A DNA stretch of 64,000 nucleotides from Auanema rhodensis (taxonomy: Eukaryota; Animalia; Nematoda). Below are positions 15,601-30,600 of the stretch, in pieces. The notes under the pieces were generated by a model. That model ran no database searches. It was not told the origin of the DNA and saw only the letters and a list, made by a program, of their open reading frames with translations. The position numbers were made by a program, and so were the translations under genes. Each line of letters starts with the position of its first letter. Positions within the stretch are counted from its first letter, which is position 1. The stretch lies in the NCBI GenBank assembly GCA_964057225.1, contig OZ059895.1:12896001-12960000 (forward strand), given 5' to 3'.

Positions 15601-18600
15601 CTCTTCCGTAACAAATGTTTTTAATTTTCCAGCAGTTTTACTTAGATAGCTCAACCCAAGGCATCAAAATATCTTCAATCTTATTTCTATATTACAGTTA
15701 TAAACCAGTAGTTTATGAACCTTCATCTTAACTTTACTGTTTCTATCTATTTCCTATTGAAACAAACATTGTTTAAACACTATACAACTGTGAAACCTTT
15801 TTTAATTTATTGTATTTGGATCTCATAAGATTTGATATCATCGAGGGATTTAGATGTAACGTAGAAAATTACATAACTAACATGAAATTGGAAAAAAAAC
15901 AATAACGAGGATAAGTATGTAAATCATTGAATATCAGGTATTTTCGCTTACGACCATACCACGTTGAAAGTACGCCATCCCGTCCGATCTGGCAAGTCAA
16001 GCAACGTTGGGCCCGGTTAGTACTTGGATCGGAGACGGCTTGGGAATCCCGGGTGCCGTAAGCTTTTCAAATTTTTTTAACGATCATACCACGTTGAAAG
16101 TACGCCATGCAGCTGATTTTCAATTTTATCTCTTCAGTAACAAATGTTTTTAATTTTCCAGCGGTTTTACTTAGATAGCTCAACCCAAGGCATCAAAATA
16201 TCTTCAATCTTATTTCTATATTACAGTTATAAATCAGTAGTTTATGAACCTTCATCTTAACTTTACTGTTTCTATCTATTTCCTATTGAAACAAACATTG
16301 TTTAAACACTATACAACTGTGAAACCTTTTTTAATTTATTGTATTTGGATCTCATAAGATTTGATATCATCGAGGAATTTAGATGTAACGTAGAAAATTA
16401 CATAACTAACATGAAATTGGAAAAAAAACAATAACGAGGATAAGTATGTAAATCATTGAATATCAGGTATTTTCGCTTACGACCATACCACGTTGAAAGT
16501 ACGCCATCCCGTCCGATCTGGCAAGTCAAGCAACGTTGGGCCCGGTTAGTACTTGGATCGGAGACGGCTTGGGAATCCCGGGTGCCGTAAGCTTTTCAAA
16601 TTTTTTTAACGATCATACCACGTTGAAAGTACGCCATGCAGCTGATTTTCAATTTTATCTCTTCCGTAACAAATTTTTTCATTTTTCCAGCAGTTTTACT
16701 TAGATAGCTCAACCCAAGGCATCAAAATATCTTCAATCTTATTTCTATATTACAGTTATAAACCAGTAGTTTATGAACCTTCATCTTAACTTTACTGTTT
16801 CTATCTATTTCCTATTGAAACAAACATTGTTTAAACACTATACAACTGTGAAACCTTTTTTAATTTATTGTATTTGGAGCTCATAAGATTTGATATCATC
16901 GAGGAATTTAGATGTAACGTAGAAAATTACATAACTAACATGAAATTGGAAAAAAAACAATAACGAGGATAAGTATGTAAATCATTGAATATCAGATTTT
17001 TTCGCTTACGACCATACCACGTTGAAAGTACGCCATGCAGCTGATTTTCAATTTTATCTCTTCCGTAACAAATGTTTTTAATTTTCCAGCAGTTTTACTT
17101 AGATAGCTCAACCCAAGGCATCAAAATATCTTCAATCTTATTTCTATATTACAGTTATAAATCAGTAGTTTATGAACCTTCATCTTAACTTTACTGTTTC
17201 TATCTATTTCCTATTGAAACAAACATTGTTTTAACACTATACAACTGTGAAACCTTTTTTAATTTATTGTATTTGGAGCTCATAAGATTTGATATCATCG
17301 AGGAATTTAGATGTAACGTAGAAAATTACATAACTAACATGAAATTGGAAAAAAAACAATAACGAGGATAAGTATGTAAATCATTGAATATCAGGTATTT
17401 TCGCTTACGACCATACCACGTTGAAAGTACGCCATCCCGTCCGATCTGGCAAGTCAAGCAACGTTGGGCCCGGTTAGTACTTGGATCGGAGACGGCTTGG
17501 GAATCCCGGGTGCCGTAAGCTTTTCAAATTTTTTTAACGATCATACCACGTTGAAAGTACGCCATGCAGCTGATTTTCAATTTTATCTCTTCCGTAACAA
17601 ATGTTTTCAATTTTCCAGCAGTTTTACTTAGATAGCTCAACCCAAGGCATCAAAATATCTTCAATCTTATTTCTATATTACAGTTATAAACCAGTGGTTT
17701 ATGAACCTTCATCTTAACTTTACTGTTTCTATCTATTTCCTATTGAAACAAACATTGTTTAAACACTATACAACTGTGAAACCTTTTTTAATTTATTGTA
17801 TTTGGATCTCATAAGATTTGATATCATCGAGGGATTTAGATGTAACGTAGAAAATTACATAACTAACATGAAATTGGAAAAAAAACAATAACGAGGATAA
17901 GTATGTAAATCATTGAATATCAGGTATTTTCGCTTACGACCATACCACGTTGAAAGTACGCCATCCCGTCCGATCTGGCAAGTCAAGCAACGTTGGGCCC
18001 GGTTAGTACTTGGATCGGAGACGGCTTGGGAATCCCGGGTGCCGTAAGCTTTTCAAATTTTTTTAACGATCATACCACGTTGAAAGTACGCCATGCAGCT
18101 GATTTTCAATTTTATCTCTTCCGTAACAAATGTTTTTAATTTTCCAGCAGTTTTACTTAGATAGCTCAACCCAAGGCATCAAAATATCTTCAATCTTATT
18201 TCTATATTACAGTTATAAACCAGTAGTTTATGAACCTTCATCTTAACTTTACTGTTTCTATCTATTTCCTATTGAAACAAACATTGTTTAAACACTATAC
18301 AACTGTGAAACCTTTTTTAATTTATTGTATTTGGATCTCATAAGATTCGATATCATCGAGGAATTTAGATGTAACGTAGAAAATTACATAACTAACATGA
18401 AATTGGAAAAAAAACAATAACGAGGATAAGTATGTAAATCATTGAATATCAGGTATTTTCGCTTACGACCATACCACGTTGAAAGTACGCCATCCCGTCC
18501 GATCTGGCAAGTCAAGCAACGTTGGGCCCGGTTAGTACTTGGATCGGAGACGGCTTGGGAATCCCGGGTGCCGTAAGCTTTTCAAATTTTTTTAACGATC

Positions 18601-21600
18601 ATACCACGTTGAAAGTACGCCATGCAGCTGATTTTCAATTTTATCTCTTCAGTAACAAATGTTTTTAATTTTCCAGCGGTTTTACTTAGATAGCTCAACC
18701 CAAGGCATCAAAATATCTTCAATCTTATTTCTATATTACAGTTATAAATCAGTAGTTTATGAACCTTCATCTTAACTTTACTGTTTCTATCTATTTCCTA
18801 TTGAAACAAACATTGTTTAAACACTATACAACTGTGAAACCTTTTTTAATTTATTGTATTTGGATCTCATAAGATTTGATATCATCGAGGAATTTAGATG
18901 TAACGTAGAAAATTACATAACTAACATGAAATTGGAAAAAAAACAATAACGAGGATAAGTATGTAAATCATTGAATATCAGGTATTTTCGCTTACGACCA
19001 TACCACGTTGAAAGTACGCCATCCCGTCCGATCTGGCAAGTCAAGCAACGTTGGGCCCGGTTAGTACTTGGATCGGAGACGGCTTGGGAATCCCGGGTGC
19101 CGTAAGCTTTTCAAATTTTTTTAACGATCATACCACGTTGAAAGTACGCCATGCAGCTGATTTTCAATTTTATCTCTTCCGTAACAAATTTTTTCATTTT
19201 TCCAGCAGTTTTACTTAGATAGCTCAACCCAAGGCATCAAAATATCTTCAATCTTATTTCTATATTACAGTTATAAACCAGTAGTTTATGAACCTTCATC
19301 TTAACTTTACTGTTTCTATCTATTTCCTATTGAAACAAACATTGTTTAAACACTATACAACTGTGAAACCTTTTTTAATTTATTGTGTTTGGAGCTCATA
19401 AGATTTGATATCATCGAGGAATTTAGATGTAACGTAGAAAATTACATAACTAACATGAAATTGGAAAAAAAACAATAACGAGGATAAGTATGTAAATCAT
19501 TGAATATCAGATTTTTTCGCTTACGACCATACCACGTTGAAAGTACGCCATGCAGCTGATTTTCAATTTTATCTCTTCCGTAACAAATGTTTTTAATTTT
19601 CCAGCAGTTTTACTTAGATAGCTCAACCCAAGGCATCAAAATATCTTCAATCTTATTTCTATATTACAGTTATAAATCAGAAGTTTATGAACCTTCATCT
19701 TAACTTTACTGTTTCTATCTATTTCCTATTGAAACAAACATTGTTTTAACACTATACAACTGTGAAACCTTTTTTAATTTATTGTATTTGGAGCTCATAA
19801 GATTTGATATCATCGAGGAATTTAGATGTAACGTAGAAAATTACATAACTAACATGAAATTGGAAAAAAAACAATAACGAGGATAAGTATGTAAATCATT
19901 GAATATCAGGTATTTTCGCTTACGACCATACCACGTTGAAAGTACGCCATCCCGTCCGATCTGGCAAGTCAAGCAACGTTGGGCCCGGTTAGTACTTGGA
20001 TCGGAGACGGCTTGGGAATCCCGGTTGCCGTAAGCTTTTCAAATTTTTTTAACGATCATACCACGTTGAAAGTACGCCATGCAGCTGATTTTCAATTTTA
20101 TCTCTTCCGTAACAAATGTTTTCAATTTTCCAGCAGTTTTACTTAGATAGCTCAACCCAAGGCATCAAAATATCTTCAATCTTATTTCTATATTACAGTT
20201 ATAAACCAGTGGTTTATGAACCTTCATCTTAACTTTACTGTTTCTATCTATTTCCTATTGAAACAAACATTGTTTAAACACTATACAACTGTGAAACCTT
20301 TTTTAATTTATTGTATTTGGATCTCATAAGATTTGATATCATCGAGGGATTTAGATGTAACGTAGAAAATTACATAACTAACATGAAATTGGAAAAAAAA
20401 CAATAACGAGGATAAGTATGTAAATCATTGAATATCAGGTATTTTCGCTTACGACCATACCACGTTGAAAGTACGCCATCCCGTCCGATCTGGCAAGTCA
20501 AGCAACGTTGGGCCCGGTTAGTACTTGGATCGGAGACGGCTTGGGAATCCCGGGTGCCGTAAGCTTTTCAAATTTTTTTAACGATCATACCACGTTGAAA
20601 GTACGCCATGCAGCTGATTTTCAATTTTATCTCTTCCGTAACAAATGTTTTTAATTTTCCAGCAGTTTTACTTAGATAGCTCAACCCAAGGCATCAAAAT
20701 ATCTTCAATCTTATTTCTATATTACAGTTATAAACCAGTAGTTTATGAACCTTCATCTTAACTTTACTGTTTCTATCTATTTCCTATTGAAACAAACATT
20801 GTTTAAACACTATACAACTGTGAAACCTTTTTTAATTTATTGTATTTGGATCTCATAAGATTTGATATCATCGAGGAATTTAGATGTAACGTAGAAAATT
20901 ACATAACTAACATGAAATTGGAAAAAAAACAATAACGAGGATAAGTATGTAAATCATTGAATATCAGGTATTTTCGCTTACGACCATACCACGTTGAAAG
21001 TACGCCATCCCGTCCGATCTGGCAAGTCAAGCAACGTTGGGCCCGGTTAGTACTTGGATCGGAGACGGCTTGGGAATCCCGGGTGCCGTAAGCTTTTCAA
21101 ATTTTTTTAACGATCATACCACGTTGAAAGTACGCCATGCAGCTGATTTTCAATTTTATCTCTTCAGTAACAAATGTTTTTAATTTTCCAGCAGTTTTAC
21201 TTAGATAGCTCAACCCAAGGCATCAAAATATCTTCAATCTTATTTCTATATTACAGTTATAAATCAGTAGTTTATGAACCTTCATCTTAACTTTACTGTT
21301 TCTATCTATTTCCTATTGAAACAAACATTGTTTTAACACTATACAACTGTGAAACCTTTTTTAATTTATTGTATTTGGAGCTCATAAGATTTGATATCAT
21401 CGAGGAATTTAGATGTAACGTAGAAAATTACATAACTAACATGAAATTGGAAAAAAAACAATAACGAGGATAAGTATGTAAATCATTGAATATCAGGTAT
21501 TTTCGCTTACGACCATACCACGTTGAAAGTACGCCATCCCGTCCGATCTGGCAAGTCAAGCAACGTTGGGCCCGGTTAGTACTTGGATCGGAGACGGCTT

Positions 21601-24600
21601 GGGAATCCCGGGTGCCGTAAGCTTTTCAAATTTTTTTAACGATCATACCACGTTGAAAGTACGCCATGCAGCTGATTTTCAATTTTATCTCTTCCGTAAC
21701 AAATGTTTTCAATTTTCCAGCAGTTTTACTTAGATAGCTCAACCCAAGGCATCAAAATATCTTCAATCTTATTTCTATATTACAGTTATAAACCAGTGGT
21801 TTATGAACCTTCATCTTAACTTTACTGTTTCTATCTATTTCCTATTGAAACAAACATTGTTTAAACACTATACAACTGTGAAACCTTTTTTAATTTATTG
21901 TATTTGGATCTCATAAGATTTGATATCATCGAGGGATTTAGATGTAACGTAGAAAATTACATAACTAACATGAAATTGGAAAAAAAACAATAACGAGGAT
22001 AAGTATGTAAATCATTGAATATCAGGTATTTTCGCTTACGACCATACCACGTTGAAAGTACGCCATCCCGTCCGATCTGGCAAGTCAAGCAACGTTGGGC
22101 CCGGTTAGTACTTGGATCGGAGACGGCTTGGGAATCCCGGGTGCCGTAAGCTTTTCAAATTTTTTTAACGATCATACCACGTTGAAAGTACGCCATGCAG
22201 CTGATTTTCAATTTTATCTCTTCCGTAACAAATGTTTTTAATTTTCCAGCAGTTTTACTTAGATAGCTCAACCCAAGGCATCAAAATATCTTCAATCTTA
22301 TTTCTATATTACAGTTATAAACCAGTAGTTTATGAACCTTCATCTTAACTTTACTGTTTCTATCTATTTCCTATTGAAACAAACATTGTTTAAACACTAT
22401 ACAACTGTGAAACCTTTTTTAATTTATTGTATTTGGATCTCATAAGATTTGATATCATCGAGGGATTTAGATGTAACGTAGAAAATTACATAACTAACAT
22501 GAAATTGGAAAAAAAACAATAACGAGGATAAGTATGTAAATCATTGAATATCAGGTATTTTCGCTTACGACCATACCACGTTGAAAGTACGCCATCCCGT
22601 CCGATCTGGCAAGTCAAGCAACGTTGGGCCCGGTTAGTACTTGGATCGGAGACGGCTTGGGAATCCCGGGTGCCGTAAGCTTTTCAAATTTTTTTAACGA
22701 TCATACCACGTTGAAAGTACGCAATGCAGCTGATTTTCAATTTTATCTCTTCAGTAACAAATGTTTTTAATTTTCCAGCAGTTTTACTTAGATAGCTCAA
22801 CCCAAGGCATCAAAATATCTTCAATCTTATTTCTATATTACAGTTATAAACCAGTAGTTTATGAACCTTCATCTTAACTTTACTGTTTCTATCTATTTCC
22901 CATTGAAACAAACATTGTTTTAACACTATACAACTGTGAAACCTTTTTTAATTTATTGTATTTGGATCTCATAAGATTTGATATCATCGAGGGATTTAGA
23001 TGTAACGTAGAAAATTACATAACTAACATGAAATTGGAAAAAAAACAATAACGAGGAAAAGTATGTAAATCATTGAATATCAGATTTTTTCGCTTACGAC
23101 CATACCACGTTGAAAGTACGCCATGCAGCTGATTTTCAATTTTATCTCTTCCGTAACAAATGTTCTTAATTTTCCAGCAGTTTTACTTAGATAGCTCAAC
23201 CCAAGGCATCAAAATATCTTCAATCTTATTTCTATATTACAGTTATAAACCAGTAGTTTATGAACCTTCATCTTAACTTTACTGTTTCTATCTATTTCCT
23301 ATTGAAACAAACATTGTTTAAACACTATACAACTGTGAAACCTTTTTTAATTTATTGTATTTGGATCTCATAAGATTTGATATCATCGAGGGATTTAGAT
23401 GTAACGTAGAAAATTACATAACTAACATGAAATTGGAAAAAAAACAATAACGAGGATAAGTATGTAAATCATTGAATATCAGGTATTTTCGCTTACGACC
23501 ATACCACGTTGAAAGTACGCCATCCCGTCCGATCTGGCAAGTCAAGCAACGTTGGGCCCGGTTAGTACTTGGATCGGAGACGGCTTGGGAATCCCGGGTG
23601 CCGTAAGCTTTTCAAATTTTTTTAACGATCATACCACGTTGAAAGTACGCCATGCAGCTGATTTTCAATTTTATCTCTTCCGTAACAAATGTTTTCAATT
23701 TTCCAGCAGTTTTACTTAGATAGCTCAACCGAAGGCAGCGAATTATCTCTAATCTTATTCCTATATTACAGTTATAAACCAGTAGTTTATGAACCTTCAT
23801 CTTAACTTTACTGTTTCTATCTATTTCCTATTGAAACAAACATTGTTTAAACACTATACAACTGTGAAACCTTTTTTAATTTATTGTATTTGGAGCTCAT
23901 AAGATTTGATATCATCGAGGAATTTAGATGTAACGTAGGAAATTACATAACTAACATGAAATTGGAAAAAAAACAATAACGAGGATAAGTATGTAAATCA
24001 TTGAATATCAGATTTTTTCGCTTACGAACATACCACGTTGAAAGTACGCCATGCAGCTGATTTTCAATTTTATCTCTTCCGTAACAAATGTTTTTAATTT
24101 TCCAGCAGTTTTACTTAGATAGCTCAACCCAAGGCATCAAAATATCTTCAATCTTATTTCTATATTACAGTTATAAACCAGTAGTTTATGAACCTTCATC
24201 TTAACTTTAACCTTCATCTTAACTAACAAATGTTTTTAATTTTCCAGCAGTTTTACTTAGATAGCTCAACCCAAGGCATCAAAATATCTTCAATCTTATT
24301 TCTATATTACAGTTATAAACCAGTAGTTTATGAACCTTCATCTTAACTTTACTGTTTCTATCTATTTCCTATTGAAACAAACATTGTTTAAACACTATAC
24401 AACTGTGAAACCTTTTTTAATTTATTGTATTTGGATCTCATAAGATTTAATATCATCGAGGGATTTAGATGTAACGTAGAAAATTACATAACTAACATGA
24501 AATTGGAAAAAAAACAATAACGAGGATAAGTATGTAAATCATTGAATATCAGGTATTTTCGCTTACGACCATACCACGTTGAAAGTACGCCATCCCGTCC

Positions 24601-27600
24601 GACCTGGCAAGTCAAGCAACGTTGGGCCCGGTTAGTACTTGGATCGGAGACGGCTTGGGAATCCCGGGTGCCGTAAGCTTTTCAAATTTTTTTAACGATC
24701 ATACCACGTTGAAAGTACGCCATGCAGCTGATTTTCACATTTATCTCTTCCGTAACAAATGTTTTTAATTTTCCAGCAGTTTTACTTAGATAGCTCAACC
24801 CAAGGCATCAAAATATCTTCAATCTCATTTCTATATTACAGTTATAAACCAGTAGTTTATGAACCTTCATCTTAACTTTACTGTTTCTATCTATTTCCTA
24901 TTGAAACAAACATTGTTTTAACACTATACAACTGTGAAACCTTTTTTAATTTATTGTATTTGGATCTCATAAAATTTGATATCATCGAGGGATTTAGATG
25001 TAACGTAGAAAATTACATAACTAACATGAAATTGGAAAAAAAACAATAACGAGGATAAGTATGTAAATCATTGAATATCAGATTTTTTCGCTTACGACCA
25101 TACCACGTTGAAAGTACGCCATGCAGCTGATTTTCAATTTTATCTCTTCCGTAACAAATGTTTTTAATTTTCCAGCAGTTTTACTTAGATAGCTCAACCC
25201 AAGGCATCAAAATATCTTCAATCTTATTTCTATATTACAGTTCTAAACCAGTAGTTTATGAACCTTCATCTTAACTTTACTGTTTCTATCTATTTCCTAT
25301 TGAAACAAACATTGTTTAAACACTATACAACTGTGAAACCTTTTTTAATTTATTGTATTTGGATCTCATAAGATTTGATATCATCGAGGGATTTAGATGT
25401 AACGTAGAAAATTACATAACTAACATGAAATTGGAAAAAAAACAATAACGAGGATAAGTATGTAAATCATTGAATATCAGGTATTTTCGCTTACGACCAT
25501 ACCACATTGAAAGTACGCCATCCCGTCCGATCTGGCAAGTCAAGCAACGTTGGGCCTGGTTAGTACTTGGATCGGAGACGGCTTGGGAATCCCGGGTGCC
25601 GTAAGCTTTTCAAATTTTTTTAACGATTATACCACGTTGAAAGTACGCAATGCAGCTGATTTTCAATTTTATCTCTTCCGTAACAAATGTTTTTAATTTT
25701 CCAGCAGTTTTACTTAGATAGCTCAACCCAAGGCATCAAAATATCTTCAATCTTATTTCTATATTACAGTTATAAACCAGTAGTTTATGAACCTTCATCT
25801 TAACTTTACTGTTCCTATCTATTTCCTATTGAAACAAACATTGTTTAAACACAATACAACTGTGAAACCTTTTTTAATTTATTGTATTTGGATCTCATAA
25901 GATTTGATATCATCGAGGGATTTAGATGTAACGTAGAAAATTACATAACTAACATGAAATTGGAAAAAAAACTTTTACTTAGATAGCTCAACCCAAGGCA
26001 TCAAAATATCTTCAATCTTATTTCTATATTACAGTTATAAACCAGTAGTTTATGAACCTCCATCTTAACTTTACTGTTTCTATCTATTTCCTATTGAAAC
26101 AAACATTGTTTAAACACTATACAACTGTGAAACCTTTTTTAATTTATTGTATTTGGATCTCATAAGATTTGATATCATCGAGTGATTTAGATGTAACGTA
26201 GAAAATTACATAACTAACACGAAATTGGAAAAAAAACAATAACGAGGATAAGTATGTAAATCATTGAATATCAGATTTTTTCGCTTACGACCATACCACG
26301 TTGAAAGTACGCCATGCAGCTGATTTTCATTTTTATCTCTTCCGTAACAAATGTTTTTAATTTTCCAGCAGTTTTACTTAGATAGCTCAACCCAAGGCAT
26401 AAGAATATCTTCAATCTTATTTCTATATTACAGTTATAAACCAGTAGTTTATGAACCTTCATCTTAACTTTACTGTTTCTATCTATTTCCTATTGAAACA
26501 AACATTGTTTTAACACTATACAACTGTGAAACCTTTTTTAATTTGTTGTATTTGGAGCTCATAAGATTTGATATCATCGAGGAATTTAGATGTAACGTAG
26601 AAAATTACATAACTAACATGAAATTGGAAAAAAAACAATAACGAGGATAAGTATGTACATCATTGAATATCAGATTTTTTCGCTTACGACCATACCACGT
26701 TGAAAGTACGCCATGCAGCTGATTTTCAATTTTATCTCTTCCGTAACAAATGTTTTTAATTTTCCAGCAGTTTTACTTAGATAGCTCAACCCAAGGCATC
26801 AAAATATCTTCAATCTTATTTCTATATTACAGTTCTAAACCAGTAGTTTATGAACCTTCATCTCAACTTTACTGTTTCTATCTATTTCCTATTGAAACAA
26901 ACATTGTTTAAACACTATACAACTGTGAAACCCTTTTTAATTTATTGTATTTGGATCTCATAAGATTTGATATCATCGAGGGATTTAGATGTAACGTAGA
27001 AAATTACATAACTAACATGAAATTGGAAAAAAAACTTTTACTTAGATAGCTCAACCCAAGGCATCAAAATATCTTCAATCTTATTTCTATATTACAGTTA
27101 TAAACCAGTAGTTTATGAATCTTCATCTTAACTTTACTGTTTCTATCTATTTCCTATTGAAACAAACATTGTTTAAACACTATACAACTGTGAAACCTTT
27201 TTTAATTTATTGTATTTGGATCTCATAAGATTTGATATCATCGAGGGATTTAGATGTAACGTAGAAAATAACATAACTAACACGAAATTGGAAAAAAAAC
27301 AATAACGAGGATAAGTATGTAAATCATTGAATATCAGATTTTTTCGCTTACGACCATACCACGTTTAAAGTACGCCATGCAGCTGATTTTCAACTTTATC
27401 TCTTCCGTAACAAATGTTTTTAATTTTCCAGCAGTTTTACTTAGATAGCTCAACCCAAGGCATCAAAATATCTTCAATCTTATTTCTATATTACAGTTAT
27501 AAACCAGTAGTTTATGAACCTTCATCTTAACTTTACTGTTTCTATCTATTTCCTATTGAAACAAACATTGTTTAAAGACTATACAACTGTGAAACCTTTT

Positions 27601-30600
27601 TTAATTTATTGTATTTGGATCTCATAAGATTTGATATCATCGAGGGATTTAGATGTAACGTAGGAAATTACATAACTAACATTAAATTGGAAAAAAAACA
27701 ATAACGAGGATAAGTATGTAAATCATTGAATATCAGATTTTTTCGCTTACGACCATACCACGTTGAAAGTACGCCATGCAGCTGATTTTCAATTTTATCT
27801 CTTCCGTAACAAATGTTTTTAATTTTCCAGCAGTTTTACTTAGATAGCTCAACCCAAGGCATCAAAATATCTTCAATCTTATTTCTATATTACAGTTATG
27901 AACCAGTAGTTTATGAACCTTCATCTTAACTTTAACCTTCATCTTAACTAACAAATGTTTTTAATTTTCCAGCAGTTTTACTTAGATAGCTCAACCCAAG
28001 GCATCAAAATATCTTCAATCTTATTTCTATATTACAGTTATAAACCAGTAGTTTATGAACCTTCATGTTAACTTTACTAATTCTATCTATTTCCTATTGA
28101 AACAAACATTGTTTAAACACTATACAACTGTGAAACCTTTCTTAATTTATTGTATTTGGATCTCATAAGATTTGATATCATCGAGGGATTTAGATGTAAC
28201 GTAGAAAATTACATAACTAACATGAAATTGGAAAAAAAACAATAACGAGCATAAGTATGTAAATCATTGAATATCAGGTATTTTCGCTTACGACCATACC
28301 ACGTTGAAAGTACGCCATCCCGTCCGATCTGGCAAGTCAAGCAACGTTGGGCCCGGTTAGTACTTGGATCGGGGACGGCTTGGGAATCCCGGGTGCCGTA
28401 AGCTTTTCAAATTTTTTTAACGATCATACCACGTTGAAAGTACGCCATGCAGCTGATTTTCAATTTTATCTCTTCAGTAACAAATGTTTTTAATTTTCCA
28501 GCAGTTTTACTTAGATAGCTCAACCCAAGGCATCAAAATATCTTCAATCTTATTTCTATATTATAGTTATAAACCAGTAGTTTATGAACCTTCATCTTAA
28601 CTTTACTGTTTCTATCTATTTCCTATTGAAACAAACATTGTTTTAACACTATACAACTGTGAAACCTTTTTTAATTTATTGTATTTGGATCTCATAAGAT
28701 TTGATATCATCGAGGGATTTAGATGTAACGTAGAAAATTACATAACTAACATGAAATTGGAAAAAAAACAATAACGAGGATAAGTATGTAAATCATTGAA
28801 TATCAGATTTTTTCGCTTACGACCATACCACGTTGAAAGTACGCCATGCAGCTGATTTTCAATTTTATCTCTTCCGTAACAAATGTTTTTAATTTTCCAG
28901 CAGTTTTACTTAGATAGCTCAACCCAAGGCATCAAAATATCTTCAATCTTATTTCTATATTACAGTTCTAAACCAGTAGTTTATGAACCTTCATCTTAAC
29001 TTTACTGTTTCTATCTATTTCCTATTGAAACAAACATTGTTTAAACACTATACAACTGTGAAACCTTTTTTAATTTATTGTATTTGGATCTCATAAGATT
29101 TGATATCATCGAGGGATTTAGATGTAACGTAGAAAATAACATAACTAACACGAAATTGGAAAAAAAACAATAACGAGGATAAGTATGTAAATCATTGAAT
29201 ATCAGATTTTTTCGCTTACGACCATACCACGTTTAAAGTACGCCATGCAGCTGATTTTCAATTTTATCTCTTCCGTAACAAATGTTTTTAATTTTCCAGC
29301 AGTTTTACTTAGATAGCTCAACCCAAGGCATCAAAATATCTTCAATCTTATTTCTATATTACAGTTATAAACCAGTAGTTTATGAACCTTCATCTTAACT
29401 TTACTGTTTCTATCTATTTTCTATTGAAACAAAACTTGTTTAAACACTATACAACTGTGAAACCTTTTTTAATTTATTGTATTTGGATCTCATAAGATTT
29501 GATATCATCGAGGGATTTAGATGTAACGTAGAAAATTACATAACTAACATGAAATTGAAAAAAAAACAATAACGAGGATAAGTATGTAAATCATTGAATA
29601 TCAGATATTTTCGCTTACGACCATACCACGTTGAAAGTACGCCATCCCGTCCGATCTGGCAAGTCAAGCAACGTTGGGCCCGGTTAGTACTTGGATCGGA
29701 GACGGCTTGGGAATCCCGGGTGCCGTAAGCTTTTCAAATTTTTTTAACGATCATACCACGTTGAAAGTACGCCATGCAGCTGATTTTCAATTTTATCTCT
29801 TCCGTAACAAATGTTTTTAATTTTCCAGCAGTTTTACTTAGATAGCTCAACCCAAGGCATCAAAACAACCCAAGGCATCAAAATATCTTCAATCTTATTT
29901 CTATATTACAGTTATAAACCAGTAGTTTATGAACCTTCATCTTAACTTTACTGTTTCTATCTATTTTCTATTGAAACAAACATTGTTTAAACACTATACA
30001 ACTGTGAAACCTTTTTTAATTTATTGTATTTGGATCTCATAAGATTTGATATCATCGAGTGATTTAGATGTAACGTAGAAAATTACATAACTAACATGAA
30101 ATTGGAAAAAAAAGAATAACGAGGATAAGTATGTAAATCATTGAATATCAGGTATTTTCGCTTACGACCATACCACGTTGAAAGTACGCCATCCCGTCCG
30201 ATCTGGCAAGTCAATCAGCGTTGGGCCCGGTTAGTACTTGGATCGGAGACGGCTTGGGAATCCCGGGTGCCGTAAGCTTTTCAAATTTTTTTAACGATCA
30301 TACCACGTTGAAAGTAAGCAATGCAGCTGATTTTCAATTTTATCTCTTCCGTAACAAATGTTTTTAATTTTCCAGCAGTTTTACTTAGATAGCTCAACCC
30401 AAGGCATCAAAATATCTTCAATCTTATTTCTATATTACAGTTATAAACCAGTAGTTTATGAACCTTCATCTTAACTTTACTGTTTCTATCTATTTCCTAT
30501 TGAAACAAACATTGTTTAAACACTATACAACTGTGAAACCTTTTTTAATTTATTGTATTTGGATCTCATAAGATTTGATATCATCGAGGGATTTAGATGT

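Noticed and set aside
23612-23800. Repeated 62-63 aa minus-strand ORFs MKVHKLL (also 26271, 34970, 45445, 45974) and ORFs at 13051, 32201, 59006, 59925
   Set aside because: Chance frames across spacer, 5S or LTR sequence, opened only by variants or junctions and closed in the consensus unit.
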